A stretch of 63,190 nt of DNA, the filler included, from Reclinomonas americana ATCC 50394 (lineage: Eukaryota), in the NCBI GenBank assembly GCA_048213135.1. It is 4 parts of 3 records of this genome, joined end to end, with 100 filler letters (N's around TTAATTAATTAA, not from the genome) between each part and the next. Parts side by side here need not be neighbours in the genome. Positions count along the whole stretch, not along the records: positions 1 to 18,266 come from PS015206.1; 3 more parts are not named here. One strand, written 5' to 3'. Both the position numbers and the translations under genes were made by a program. Within the stretch, counting starts at the first letter, position 1, and every line of letters begins with the position of its first letter. Positions 1 through 11,769 of the stretch are shown in pieces. The notes beneath the pieces were generated by a model. The model was not told the origin of the DNA, searched no databases, and saw nothing but the letters and a program-made list of their open reading frames with translations.

Positions 1-921
1 GAGAGAGAGAGAGAGAGAGCTCTTCCTTGTGCGTAAGAGCTGTGGATGTCGCTGTGCTTCATCAGAGATAGAGGGAAAGCTCACATCCTTTCCTTGTCTC
101 TTCTCTCTCTCCTTGTCTCTTCTCTCTCTCTCTTTCATTCCTGTCACGTACGCTCTCTGTGCATGTTCAGAATGCGGGCAGAGAGAGAGAGAGTGAGCGA
201 GACTCGCGCATTCGTTCATTTCGTCTCTTCAGTCTTTCTCGTTCACTCTCTCTCTCTCTCTCTCTCTTGTTCGTTGAAGACACGCACACGCGCAGCATTG
301 TCTGCATTACATGTCTGTTGCATTTTGTGGTGCTCTGTTTCTGTCGCGCACACTCGATCGCTTGTCTTCATTGTTGTCTGCCTTCTTCACTTCACACCGC
401 CTTCTCCTCTGCTTGTTTTCCCCGTCTTTGCCTTTTCTCCCTTGCGCTTCCCCCTTTGCTTCCCCCCTTTGCTTCCCCTCTTTGCTTCCCCCCTTTGCTT
501 CCCCCCTTTGCTTCCCCCCTTTGCTTCCCTTCCCCCCTTTGCTTCCCCCTTTGCTTCCCCCCTTNNNNNNNNNNNNNNNNNNNNNNNNNNNNNNNNNNNN
601 NNNNNNNNNNNNNNNNNNNNNNNNNNNNNNNNNNNNNNNNNNNNNNNNNNNNNNNNNNNNNNNNNNNNNNNNNNNNNNNNNNNNNNNNNNNNNNNNNNNN
701 NNNNNNNNNNNNNNNNNNNNNNNNNNNNNNNNNNNNNNNNNNNNNNNNNNNNNNNNNNNNNNNNNNNNNNNNNNNNNNNNNNNNNNNNNNNNNNNNNNNN
801 NNNNNNNNNNNNNNNNNNNNNNNNNNNNNNNNNNNNNNNNNNNNNNNNNNNNNNNNNNNNNNNNNNNNNNNNNNNNNNNNNNNNNNNNNNNNNNNNNNNN
901 NNNNNNNNNNNNNNNNNNNNN

Positions 922-979
<58 letters not shown>

Positions 980-1315
980 GATGTGTGTCTGCATTCTGAC
1001 AAGAACTCAAAACAACACATCAAACACACACACACACACACACGCACACGCACACACACACATCATTTACGCACTGCATTGTGTGTGCGCGTATGTGTGC
1101 GTGTGAGAGTGTGCGTGTATGTGAGAGACTCTCTCTGCATCTGCAGCGCACGCACTCACAACAAACAAGCGCTCTCTCTCTTGCTCTCCCCCTCCCTCTG
1201 TCTCTCCCTCCTTCCCCCCTCCCTCTTCCCCTCCCTCTCTCCCTCCCTCCATATCCCTCCCTCCCTCCCTCCCTCCCCTTCTCCATCTCTCTCTCCCTCC
1301 CACTCTCACACTCAC

Positions 1316-1448
1316 CTCCTTGATGGCCACCACCTCTCCCGTGGCCGTGTTGCGCGCCTTCCACACCTCCGCACTGCGCCCGGTGCCGCACCGCGCAATC
1401 CTCTGCAACGAGTCGCGCAGCCGCAAATCACCCGCCTCTGCTGCCATC
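1316..1448 (-). CDS. First exon of a Ser/Thr protein kinase (CMGC/CDK-like); the rest is not visible
   Basis: Reads MAAEAGDLRLRDSLQRIARCGTGRSAEVWKARNTATGEVVAIKE: degenerate Gly-loop plus VAIK motif, ending at a GTGAGT donor. Confidence 0.7.
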
Positions 1449-1524
1449 AAAACAAAACAAACAAGAGAGAGAGGAGACAAAGATATAAATCGCGAGTGGA
1501 AGGCTCTCTTCGTTGCTCCTATAC

Positions 1525-1730
1525 CTTTGCATTTTGTTCAAGTCGTCCAGCTTGTAGGCTCCTTACGTACGCGTTCTCTTCGTTGCTCCTTTGCATTTTG
1601 TTCAAGTCGTCCAGCTTGTAGGCTCCTTACGTACGCGTTCTCTTCGTTGCTCCTTTGCATTTTGTTCAAGTCGTCCATGGCTTGTAGGCTCCTTACGTTC
1701 TCTTCGTTGCTCCTTGTCCAAGTCGTCCGG
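1525..1730. repeat. 64-bp tandem repeat, about 3 copies
   Basis: Unit ctttgcattttgttcaagtcgtccagcttgtaggctccttacgtacgcgttctcttcgttgctc starts at 1525, 1589 and 1653. Confidence 0.9.
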
Positions 1731-1790
1731 CTTTTAAGAGACTGAGGCGGAGCACAACAAGCGTGGAGGATTCGACGGTGCACAATGGCT

Positions 1791-4700
1791 TCATTTTCGC
1801 TGTAGTGAATGCAACAGGCGACCGAGTGCGCGCCTTCGCTCGGCATAGTCGCGGTAATCGAACGCAGGCGGTGGCGTTGGTGTGCTGTCGTCGTCATGGT
1901 CGTCGTCTTCGTTGTCGCTATTGCTGCTGCTGCGTTTGTAGTGCTGCATGTGACTCCACACCACCCACATGGTGTTGGCGCAGTGAGCCAGCAGCAGGCA
2001 GCGTGGCATCAGTGCCGTTACTTCGTCGTCGATGGCGGTGTGGGTGGTGGAGAGTGGCGTGGGGCCGTCTGTGTGTTGGAGGTGGGAAATGAGGGAGAAG
2101 GCAAAGGAGAAGGGACTGCGACAAAACCGAGAGGAACAGGTTGGAGGAAGAGAAGAGATAGGAGCACTGGCCACGAAAAGGAACGAGCGGAAGGTCGGAT
2201 TAGTCAAGCAAACAATTAAGAACGAGCCACGAAAGAAACGAGAGAGAGAGAGAGTCGAATGAATAAAGCACACATTAGGGCGAAAAAACAGCATAGAGAG
2301 GAGAACTCGCCACGACACGAACCGAGAAGAAGGTCAAGTAAGAAAAGCACAATCGGCTGCACAAAGGGCGAAGAGAGTAGAAAGGCCACGGCAGGAAACT
2401 GAGAGGGACCAGCGAACGACGCAAGCACACGACAGGCTAGAGGTGGACGAGGAGGGAGAGATCACGACAGGGAAAGAGGTTCAGACTGTCGGACAGTACA
2501 TATTCGGCTGACGAGCTCCTGCCGCAGGAAGTCACGACAGGGAACAGAGCTTCTCTCATTCGGTGCCAAGTTAGCTCATCCTGCAGCTTGCTCCCACTGC
2601 TCTGTCTCCTCTCTGCGTGCCTCCGGCGACGCAACATTTTCTCCTCTCCGACACGTAAAGGTGCAGCATGCGGCGTCGCTCCGGCTCGGTGGGGAACTTG
2701 TCAACGTCCACGTCGAGACCGCAGTGCTCGCAGAACATGTTGGCCACGTCGTAGCCGTACGGGTTGAAGCCGCAGTATTCGTAGTCGATGAAGGAGATGG
2801 TGTCTGTTAAGAGGGAAATGAGAATGGGAGGGAGGAAGGGAGGAAGGAGGAAGAGAAGAAGGGAGGAAGAGAAGAAGGGAGGAAGGGAGAAAGGGAGAAA
2901 GGGAAGAAGGGAAGAAGGGAAGAAGGGAAGAAGGGAAGAAGGGAAGAAGGGAAGAAGGGAAGAAGGGAAGAAGGGAAGAAGGGAAGAAGGGAAGAAGGGA
3001 AGAAGGGAGGAAGGGAAGAAGGGAAGAAGGGAGGAAGGAGCAGNNNNNNNNNNNNNNNNNNNNNNNNNNNNNNNNNNNNNNNNNNNNNNNNNNNNNNNNN
3101 NNNNNNNNNNNNNNNNNNNNNNNNNNNNNNNNNNNNNNNNNNNNNNNNNNNNNNNNNNNNNNNNNNNNNNNNNNNNNNNNNNNNNNNNNNNNNNNNNNNN
3201 NNNNNNNNNNNNNNNNNNNNNNNNNNNNNNNNNNNNNNNNNNNNNNNNNNNNNNNNNNNNNNNNNNNNNNNNNNNNNNNNNNNNNNNNNNNNNNNNNNNN
3301 NNNNNNNNNNNNNNGGGAGGAAGGGAGCAGAGGGAGGAATGGAGAAAGCGAGCGAGGCGCAAGACAACAATTGAAATATGCGCACGGCGGAGGAGAAGGC
3401 GAGAGACAATGAGATACCAAGATCAGCGTGAAAAGCGTGCCAAGAAAGACACCAGAAACGTGAAATCCAAGCAAGCTGCGTGGAAACTCAACTCGTCGCC
3501 TCGTCGAAGATGAAATTCTCCGGCTGCAAATCGTTGTGGGTGAACTCCAGCGGCTCACCGCGCGTCGCCTCCATCACCTGCTGCTGCAGATCGGCCATCA
3601 ATGCACGCTCGGCGGCAATCTCCTCGTCAGTGCCCACTGTGGGCGCGTAACAGGTAAGAGTCGGCGAAGTGCACGCGACCGCCTTTTCCGCTCACCCATC
3701 GTGCACAGAGTCTGAAAGTATGAAAACACCCGCGGCAGGCCGTCGGCATGCGGGCCCAGCTCGTCCACCAGTGGCGCCGACAGCGCATGCATGTGGGCGG
3801 CCGCGCACAGCACAAGGTCCACGTACTCCAGCCACGCTGCGAGGGGAGAGGGATGAGACGCGGCGAGCGGGCGAGATGGTAGGAGAAGAGTCGCAACTGG
3901 AAACGTGCAGCGCTCGTCCGGGGCGGAACTCGTACACCATCACTCCGGGGGCGTGGCCGAACACGCGGGCCGACAGCTCGAGGTCGGCGAGGGCGACCAG
4001 GGCACGGCGCTCGAAATCCCGATCCAGGTGCTCGTCGGTGCCGTCGCTGCTTATGCGACACAAGACCACCTGCTCGGGGCCATGTACGCGAAATACTGGA
4101 GGGGGGTGAGGAGCGAGAATCAATCAGAAGATGCGAGTTGTCTGCCCAGCAAAAGGCGAACAGACACGCACAGAGAAAGATAGACAAGTGCAACAGGAGA
4201 GAGTGGCGATGTCGCACAGGAGAAAGATGAGAGGGAGTGGTGACGTGCGCAACGTTTGTTGGTCGTGCCGCCGGTGAGGAGGGAGATGCGGAGGGAGTCG
4301 TGGTGGGAGGACCAGCCGGGGACGAATTTGGAGCACCAGGTACTGCGAGGAAAAGGAGAACGGATCAGCAGGAGGTGAAGAGGAAGGGAGATGCGGAGGC
4401 AGGGAGGATGAAGGGAAAGGATGTGAGAAGGGAAGGAAGGGAGGAAGGTGAAGAAGAAAGGGAGATGAAGAGGGAGGGAGGGTGAAGGGAGAGGGAGGGC
4501 AAGGAGGAAGGGAGGGTGAAGAGGAAGGGAGGGAGAAGAGAAGTGAGGGTGAAGAGGAAGGGAGAAGAGGAGGGTGGGTGAAGAGGAAGAAGGGAGGGTG
4601 AAGAAGAAGGGAGATGAAGGGGAAGAAGGGAGGGTGAAGAAGAAGGGAGATGAAGAGGGAGGGAGGATGCAGAAAAAGGGAAGGCGAAAAGGAATGGAGG

Positions 4701-4823
4701 AAGAAGAGAAAGGGAGGGAGAAGAGGAAGGAAGGAACGAGATGAGAATAACGAGGTGAGCAAGAGCGGACGCGTACGAGTGAAAGCAGAGGGCGCGCTCT
4801 CTCGTCTCTGTCACGCTGTTCAT
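1791..4823 (-). CDS. Choline/ethanolamine kinase (multi-exon)
   Basis: Exons give LTGGTTNKLFRV, DRDFERRAL, FTHNDLQPENFIF (Brenner motif), ISFIDYEYCGFNPYGYDVANMFCE (choline kinase motif), and C-terminal MWVVWS...FDYRDYAERR. Introns are GT-AG. Confidence 0.9.
2865..3040. repeat. Purine-rich simple repeat (GAAGGGAA-type) in an intron
   Basis: Direct inspection. Confidence 0.8.
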
Positions 4824-4958
4824 CTTTTCTTCTTACTCTTCGATCATGCTCTGTCTTCAAAAAACGAGCAATACGCGGAAGAGAGAGGCATGTGAGACAG
4901 TGGAGAAGATAAGATCTGGGGACAAGAGACGGGAGTGTGCGAGTACTGCTCTGCCTTC

Positions 4959-4997
<39 letters not shown>

Positions 4998-5568
4998 CTC
5001 TTCGAGCACGCATGGCTTGATGTGAACGAAGAAACACAATCAATGCAACTCCCCTCTCTCTCTCTCCCTCTCTCTCTCCTCCGTCCNNNNNNNNNNNNNN
5101 NNNNNNCGCGACTACCTCCTCGTCCTCCTCGGTCGTTCGTCGGTCGTACCGTACACACGTCCGTCGTCGTACGTACGTAGAACGAAACGAAACAACTAAC
5201 TAACTACCTACACCTCCTCCTCTCTCTCTCTCTCTCTCTCTCCCCCCCCCCCGTCCTCTCCCTCTCTCCCCCCCCCTCTCCCCTCCCCTCCTCTCTCTAC
5301 TCCCTCTCGCATCACACACACCGCACAGCTGCCGCTCTCAACATCACCAGTTGTCCGGTACAATCCGTGAGTCCTGTCACAGCGCAAACTTTTCTCGTCC
5401 CTTCATCCTCCTGCCACCATGCATCAGCGCAAGTTGGCGCACACACGCATCACCGCGCTGCGTCGTAGACATCGTCGCCTACAACAACAAATCCGAACAT
5501 GTAGTACACAGACGTCGACGTCGAACGACGTCGACTCTCTTCCTCCTTCTTCTCACGCTCCCCTACTT

Positions 5569-8450
5569 CATGCGTCCACCTGCCCCCCTCACTCACCTCA
5601 ACCACCACCACCACCAAGACCATGTCGACATGGATGTCGACATCGACATCGACTTCTGCGAACCCGGCAGCATTGATCTCGTCCGGTCCGTTTTTTTGCC
5701 TTTCTTTTCTCTTTGCACGCCATGACCACCACGCCTGTTCGTGATGGCTATCACAGTGTGATGGTCACCCGCCGCACCCGCCTCACGCGCCTACGACAAA
5801 TGCTCGTCACAGGAGGTGTGTTGTCACGACGATCGTCATCACGTCGATGAGATGCGGTGTGGCGTGTGTGAGCGAAAATAACCCACACGCGTATTCTGCA
5901 CAGAGTGGTTGGTCCCGGATCAATACGAGATCGGCGACGTGATCGCCAGTGGTGCCTTTGGCACGGTGTGGTGAGTGGCGGACGGGACGATAGCAACTGT
6001 GGGGTTGGTCACTGACATCTTGCATTTTTTTTTTGTTGCATGTCATGCAGTGCGGGTCGCGATTCCCGCAGTGGCGAGCCAGTGGCAATCAAGCGCGTGG
6101 AGCACACGTTCCGGGAGGCCGCCGAGTCCAAGAGGTGATACAAGAGAGAGAATGGGAGCAGTGGGCGCCGTGCATCTCACTGCATTGCGCACAGACTCCT
6201 TCGTGAAGTCAAGATCCTGCGAGCCATGCAACACCCGAATGTCGTGGCGCTGTACGATCTGGTGCGGCCACCGTCGTTTGACGAGTTCACGCACCTCTAC
6301 ATGGTGCTGGAGCGGTGTAACCTCGACTTGTCCGCGTTGCGTCAAAGAAATTCGCGCGGACGGACGTGAGAGGTCTCTCCTGTGTACTGACTGTCAAGGC
6401 GCAGGGTGATCGCCTCGCGCGAGGCCATTAGCGAGGAGCAGCGGAAGCGCTACATGTATGACCTGTTCAAGGGGCTAAAGTAGTTGCGTGTTTGGCGTCG
6501 ATTGTCGAGAAAGGACACAGACAGAGGTGATCAGACAAGAGCGACAAGAAAGAGAGCAGCAGTAGTGGATCAGAGTCGTGATCCTGACTGACGCTCGCAC
6601 AGCATTCACTCGCGCAACGTCATTCACCGCGACCTGTTGCGTTCTACCCTCCCTCACCCAGCCCCCATGTCACTGTGCCTCACTCTCTCCATCTCACAGG
6701 AAGCCGGCAAATCTGGTGATTGGTGGCGCCGACGGGCAGACGCTAAAGTTGTGCGATTTTGGGCTGGCGCGCTCCGTGAACCTGAGCGACATGACGCCGT
6801 ATGTCACAACGCGGTACTACCGGGCGCCGGAGTTGCTGATGCAGTGTACGAATTACACGTCGGCGGTGGATTTGTGGAGTGCGGCGTGCATCATGGCGGA
6901 GGTAGGCGGGGAAAGGGGAAGAGAGAATAAGGGAAAGGGGGGAATAGGGGAAGGAAAGAGAGGGGAAGGGGGAAGGAGGGAAAGGGAGGGATAGAAAGGA
7001 GAAGGAGAGGCTGGGAGGATAAGGTTCTGGGAGAAGGAGAGAGTGGGAGAAGGGGAGGCTGGGAGAGGAGGAGGATGGGAGAAGGGGAGTGAGGGACAGG
7101 CTGGAAGAAGGAGAAAAATAGAACTGAAGAAGGACATGCTTAGAGAAGGAAAAGGCGAGAGGGGAGGGAGAATGAGAGAGTGGAGAAGAATAGGCTGGGA
7201 GAAGGAGAAAGTGAGAGAAGGAGAGAGTGGGAGGAGGAGAAAGTGAGAGAAGGAGATAGTGGGAGAAGGAGAGACAGGCTGGGAGAAGAGGAGGATTCTA
7301 TAGAGGGCGTGGAGTCTGAAATCTTGCCGCGTTCACTCATGAGTTGGTGGTGCGCAGTTGTACTTGCGGGCGCCGCTGTTCCCCGGAAAATCATGTTGCG
7401 TGCCCAGTCGATCAGATCGTTTCTTCTTGTTTTCGTCGCTGCACTGCTCCTCCTGGTGTCGTCGCTGCACTCCTCCTGTCTCCTGGTGTCGTCGTCGCTG
7501 CACTCCTCCTGTCTCCTGGTGTCGTCGTCGCTGCACTCCTCCTGGTGTCGTCGCTGCATTCCTCCTGTTCTCGTCACTGTTACACTTGTCCTCACCACTC
7601 TCCCAACACCAGATCTCAACCAAATGACGTCCATCATCGCCATCATCGGCACTCCAACAGAGGAGGAGATCCAGTCGGTGGGCTCACCCGAGGCACGGCA
7701 GTGGCTGGCTGCGCAGCCGCCGAGGCAGCCCGCCTCACTGGCTGCCAAGATCCCGCAGGCTCCTCAAGATGGTGCGTGTTGCATAACGATTTCTGCTGCA
7801 CACTTCTCCTTGTTGCTTTATTCCACTCTTGACTCGAGTAGAAAGGCAGAGAAGAAGAGAGGCAGCTGGAAGAGAGAGAAGGAGAGACAAAAGGGCAGGG
7901 AAGAGAGGAAGAGAAGCAGAGATACAGTACAAGATCTCTCACTCTTTCTCGACTCAATCTCACTTCCCTTGTTACCGCAGCGCTGAACCTCATGCAACGC
8001 CTGCTGGTCTTCGACCACAGTCAGCGACTCACCATCGACGAGGTGCTGGCGCATCCGTGGTTCATCTCGGTGCGCGACGACGACGGCGAGAGCACGGGCG
8101 CTCCCGCTCTCAATCTCGACTTTGAGAACACCAGCATGACGCTCGACGACATCAAGGGTGCGTTTGTTGCATGGAGTTGTGTTGTTGTTACCTGCACCGT
8201 CTCACTCGAGAATGCAGAGCGACTGTGGAACGAGATTCGCGACATGCATCCCGACCTGCCGCTCTCGCCGACGCGCTCGTCTAACGAAAGCGAGCAGGAG
8301 GTGGGGGCGGCGGCGACGGCGGCGGCGGCGAGTGGATCAATGACCGTCACCACACCGCCGACGACATCATTATCGCTGGTGGCAGAGGCAATACAGTTGG
8401 TGGTTGGAGGTGGTGGTGGTGGTGGTGGCGAGGTGGATGTGCATGAATAA
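5569..8450 (+). CDS. Mitogen-activated protein kinase with TPY activation motif (~12 exons; start codon uncertain)
   Basis: Spliced exons give IASGAFGTVC, VAIKR, LLREVKILRAMQHPNVV, IHSRNVIHRDLKPANL, LKLCDFGLARSVNLSDMTPYVTTRYYRAPE, DLWSAACIMAE, PLFPGKSYLNQ, RLTIDEVLAHPW; stop TAA at 8448-8450. Confidence 0.93.
7435..7560. repeat. ~33-bp intronic minisatellite
   Basis: tcgtcgctgcactcctcctgtctcctggtg repeated 3-4 times inside a MAPK intron. Confidence 0.8.
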
Positions 8451-8699
8451 TGAATGAAGGAAAAAGGGAGGAAAGGGAGAAGGAGAAACAGAGGAAGGAG
8501 AGAGCCTGACAGAGAAGACGAGAGAGAGGAAGAAAGAGGAAGAGAGAGGAAGAGAGAGAAAGGGAGAGGAAGGGAGAGGAAGAGAGAGAAAGAGAGAGAA
8601 AAAGCAAGCAAGCAAGAGAGAGAGAGAGAGAGCAACAAGAGAGAGGGAAGGAGAGTCAGCGGACTTGGTGCGCTTCACTGCTGCGTGTGCTTGACTCAT

Positions 8700-8830
8700 T
8701 GTGCCTCTCGCTGCGTGTGTGCAGGCTCGGTGTGCCCCTCGCTGCATGTGTGCAGACTCGGTGTGCCCCTCGCTGCGTGCGTGCAGGCTCGATGTGTCCC
8801 TCGCTGCTGCGTGTGCAGGCTCGCTGCGTG
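8700..8830. repeat. ~31-bp tandem repeat, 4 copies
   Basis: gtgcccctcgctgcgtgtgtgcaggctcggt-like unit repeated between the MAPK 3' end and the tRNA terminator. Confidence 0.8.
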
Positions 8831-8844
8831 TGGCTTCAATAATA

Positions 8845-8879
8845 AAAAAAAAAAAAAGGAAAAAGAAAAATACAAAAAA
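8845..8879 (-). terminator. RNA polymerase III oligo-T terminator
   Basis: Minus strand reads TTTTTTGTATTTTTCTTTTT... a few nt after the tRNA discriminator. Confidence 0.75.
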
Positions 8880-8882
8880 CAG

Positions 8883-8954
8883 TATCTCCACCCGGAATCG
8901 AACCGGGGTCTTAACCGTGTCGAGGTTACGTCCTAACCATTAGACTATGGAGAT
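8883..8954 (-). tRNA. tRNA-Val (anticodon GAC), atypical C33
   Basis: ATCTCCA TA GTCT AATGGTTA GGAC G TAACC TC-GAC-AC GGTTA AGAC CCCGG TTCGATT CCGGG TGGAGAT A. Acceptor, anticodon and T stems pair perfectly; A and B boxes are present; discriminator A73. Confidence 0.88.
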
Positions 8955-9188
8955 TTGGTTACAGCATGATGTGAATAAGACCATGGAGCCGTTGCCCCCC
9001 GTTCAAGTGCTGCCAAACTTCACGTAACATGGCTCGCCATTGCAGCTGTGTTGATGTGCACCACACAGAGTGCATGATATTTTAAATCAAACAAGCCATT
9101 CATTTTATAATTTTTCGCAAAACAGCTGCTGATCCGTCGCTGTTTGGAAAGCGCAGATTGCACGCCGAAGCCCCATCACCAACACACT

Positions 9189-10340
9189 TCATTCCGGGTC
9201 CGACCTATCATCCACCACCCACCGCGTCGACAACAACAGCGCGCCCTCCGCCGACTTGCCGAGCGGCACACGCTGCGCCTTGAGCTCGCCGTGCAAATCC
9301 ACGTGCGTCATGTCGAGCAGGGCGCGTCCGACCAAGTCGCGGTGGCCGAGCAAGTCAACCTCCCACACCAGCAGCTCCACGTGGTCGCCGTCGACGATTC
9401 CGTGCGGGAGCCACACCTCAATGGTCTCGTCCCACACGGGCGGGTCGCTGACCGAGCAGTGGACCGTGTGCGTGGACATCTGTGTGCGCGTGTGTACGAT
9501 GAGAGAATGGAAGGAAGAAAGGTCGGCAAGCACGCACGCACATGCTGTCCCGCTGGCCCCAGCACCACGGCCTCCACTTGCATGTCGTCGGGGACGTGCT
9601 CGAGGACTTGCAGGCCGGTGGCGTTCAGGATGTGCAGGCGCAGGCGGCCGAATTGGCGCGGGCGACGGTGGGACTTGGTCAGTGTGGTGGTGGGGCTTGT
9701 TGCGGTTGGTACGGAGGAGAGCGAGTGGCGGCGCTCGATGGCGGCGGCAGCGGCTTGAGTGGCGGGCTGCGGGGAAGGGGGAAGGGATGGGGGAGAAGGG
9801 GAAGGGGGTGAGAGGGGGAGACGGGTGAGGAGAGGGTGGTAAGAGGCAAGAGAATAACAAAAACTTCACTGATCTGTACAGCATCTGCCAGTGATCGGCC
9901 CCAAGCCTCGTGTATACAGGAGAAGAGAGATCAAGCCTGTGAAAAGGATCGAGGTGCGCAAGAGGCGAAGGGAGAGAAAATGTAGTGCGCTGTCGTAGCG
10001 ACAAGCAGAATTTGGCAAGAGAATGACGAGAGGAGATGGCGCGCTATTGCTGCGGCGAGCAGAGAACGGATGAATGCAGGTTTCTTCGAGAGTACGCTGT
10101 TCTCGCGGCTACAAAGGTCTGACGGGAGAATGAGGAGAGAAGACGCGACAACCACTTCGTTTTTGAGTGTCACAAGCTCATTCTCTCGATAAGTCACGAT
10201 TACACGTGCGCAGCATGTGGGTCTTGTGTCTTGGCGCAGTGTTGGTCACCCACAACGCTTACATGTGACACGCACTCATCACCCATGTCGACTTGACTGC
10301 GTTAGGTATCTCTGAGTCGCCCGCTGCGCTCACTAACTGC
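9189..10340 (-). CDS. C2-domain-containing protein, 3' exons
   Basis: Exons give FGRLRLHILNATGL...VEAVVLG and THTVHCSVSDPPVWDETIEV...VELLVWEVDLLGHRDLVGRALLDM...GALLLSTRW*, the typical C2 strand pattern. Upstream exon boundaries are uncertain. Confidence 0.75.
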
Positions 10341-10341
10341 A

Positions 10342-10381
<40 letters not shown>

Positions 10382-11769
10382 NNNNNNNNNNNNNNNNNNN
10401 NCCACTCTCTCTCTCTCTCTCTCGCTCTCTCTCTCTCTCTCACTCTCTCTCTCTCTCTCTCTCTCACAAATAACATCATCGAAAAGCACAAGACGAATGA
10501 CAGAGGTCATAAGATAGTGAAAGAGACGGGGGGAAAGAGAGTGAGAGCAAGAGAAATAGAGAAATAAGAGAGTAAGTCTCGTTCACTCTCACAGAAACAA
10601 TACAAAGCTGTAACCCTCTCCACTGTCTTCTTTCTCATTCTCCCTGTCTCACCAATAACGTCATCGAGAAGCAGAAGAGGTCACAAACGAGTAAAAGTGC
10701 AAGAATTCGTGTTGGGGAATGGGGACCAAAGGGTGAGAGTGGAGGAGACGAGGGAAAAGGAGAAAGAGAGAAACAAGAGACAGTGAGAGAGAACAGAGCA
10801 TGAGACCGTTGACAGGCCTCTACTTTTCTCCTTCTCTCTCTCTCACTCTCTCTCTTGTCTCTCACGAAGAACAACAACAATGACAGTAAACCAAGGTGTG
10901 GGTGTGTAAGCTGAACGTGGATCTCAGCCTCCTTTTCCCCCCTCCACTCTCTCTCTCTCTCTCTCTCTCTTATCAAATATCGTCATCATGAAGCACACAG
11001 AAGGTCCCTCTCGGTGAAATCTGTCGTCTGAAGAAGGAGCAATGCCTCCTCTATCCCCTCTCCGTTGACTCTCCTTCTGTCTCTGCCTCTTACCGAAATG
11101 AAAGGGAATGCACAAACTTGTATGAGTGAGTGAGTGAGTGAGTGAGTGAGAAAGAAACATAGAGGAATAGACGGCATGAGAGAGTTGTGGGTGAGGAAGT
11201 GAATGCAAGAGACAATTGACAGGCCTCGATCATATCTCCTTCTCTCTGCAACAACAAGGACAGTAATAACAAAGTCTCCCTTTCCCTCTTCGCTGCCTCT
11301 ACTTCTCTCTCTCTGCCCTCAGTCACTCTCTCACCAAATTACGTCATCGAGAAGCACGATGACAAGGACAGTGTCCACAAACCGTGGCATGATGGAATAT
11401 CTCAACCTCTTCTTTCTCCTCTCCATTGCCTTCCTTTCTCTCACTCTCTCATCAACACCGTCATCACGAAGCACAAGACGAAGGACAGTGATCACAAACG
11501 CAAGAACGAGTTCGGGTGAGTGAGACGGAGAATAGTAAGATAGAGATAAGAGAAGGCGCAAAGATCCGCGAATGTGAAGAGAGAGAGAGAGAGAGAAAGA
11601 ACATGAGAGTTCGGTGAGGGAATGTAAGAGACAGTAATCAGGGAACCAATTATGTGGCACCTCTTGTCATCTCCCCTCTCCCTCCCTCTCCTTTTTCCCT
11701 CCCCCTCCTCCTTTCCCTCTCACTCCCCCTTCCCCAAATCCACTCCCTTCCCCTCCACCCCCACCCACC

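Noticed and set aside
1-1310. Long ORFs of (LS)n, (RE)n, (CV)n and X runs here and throughout the window
   Set aside because: Translations of GA/CA microsatellites and N gaps, not proteins.
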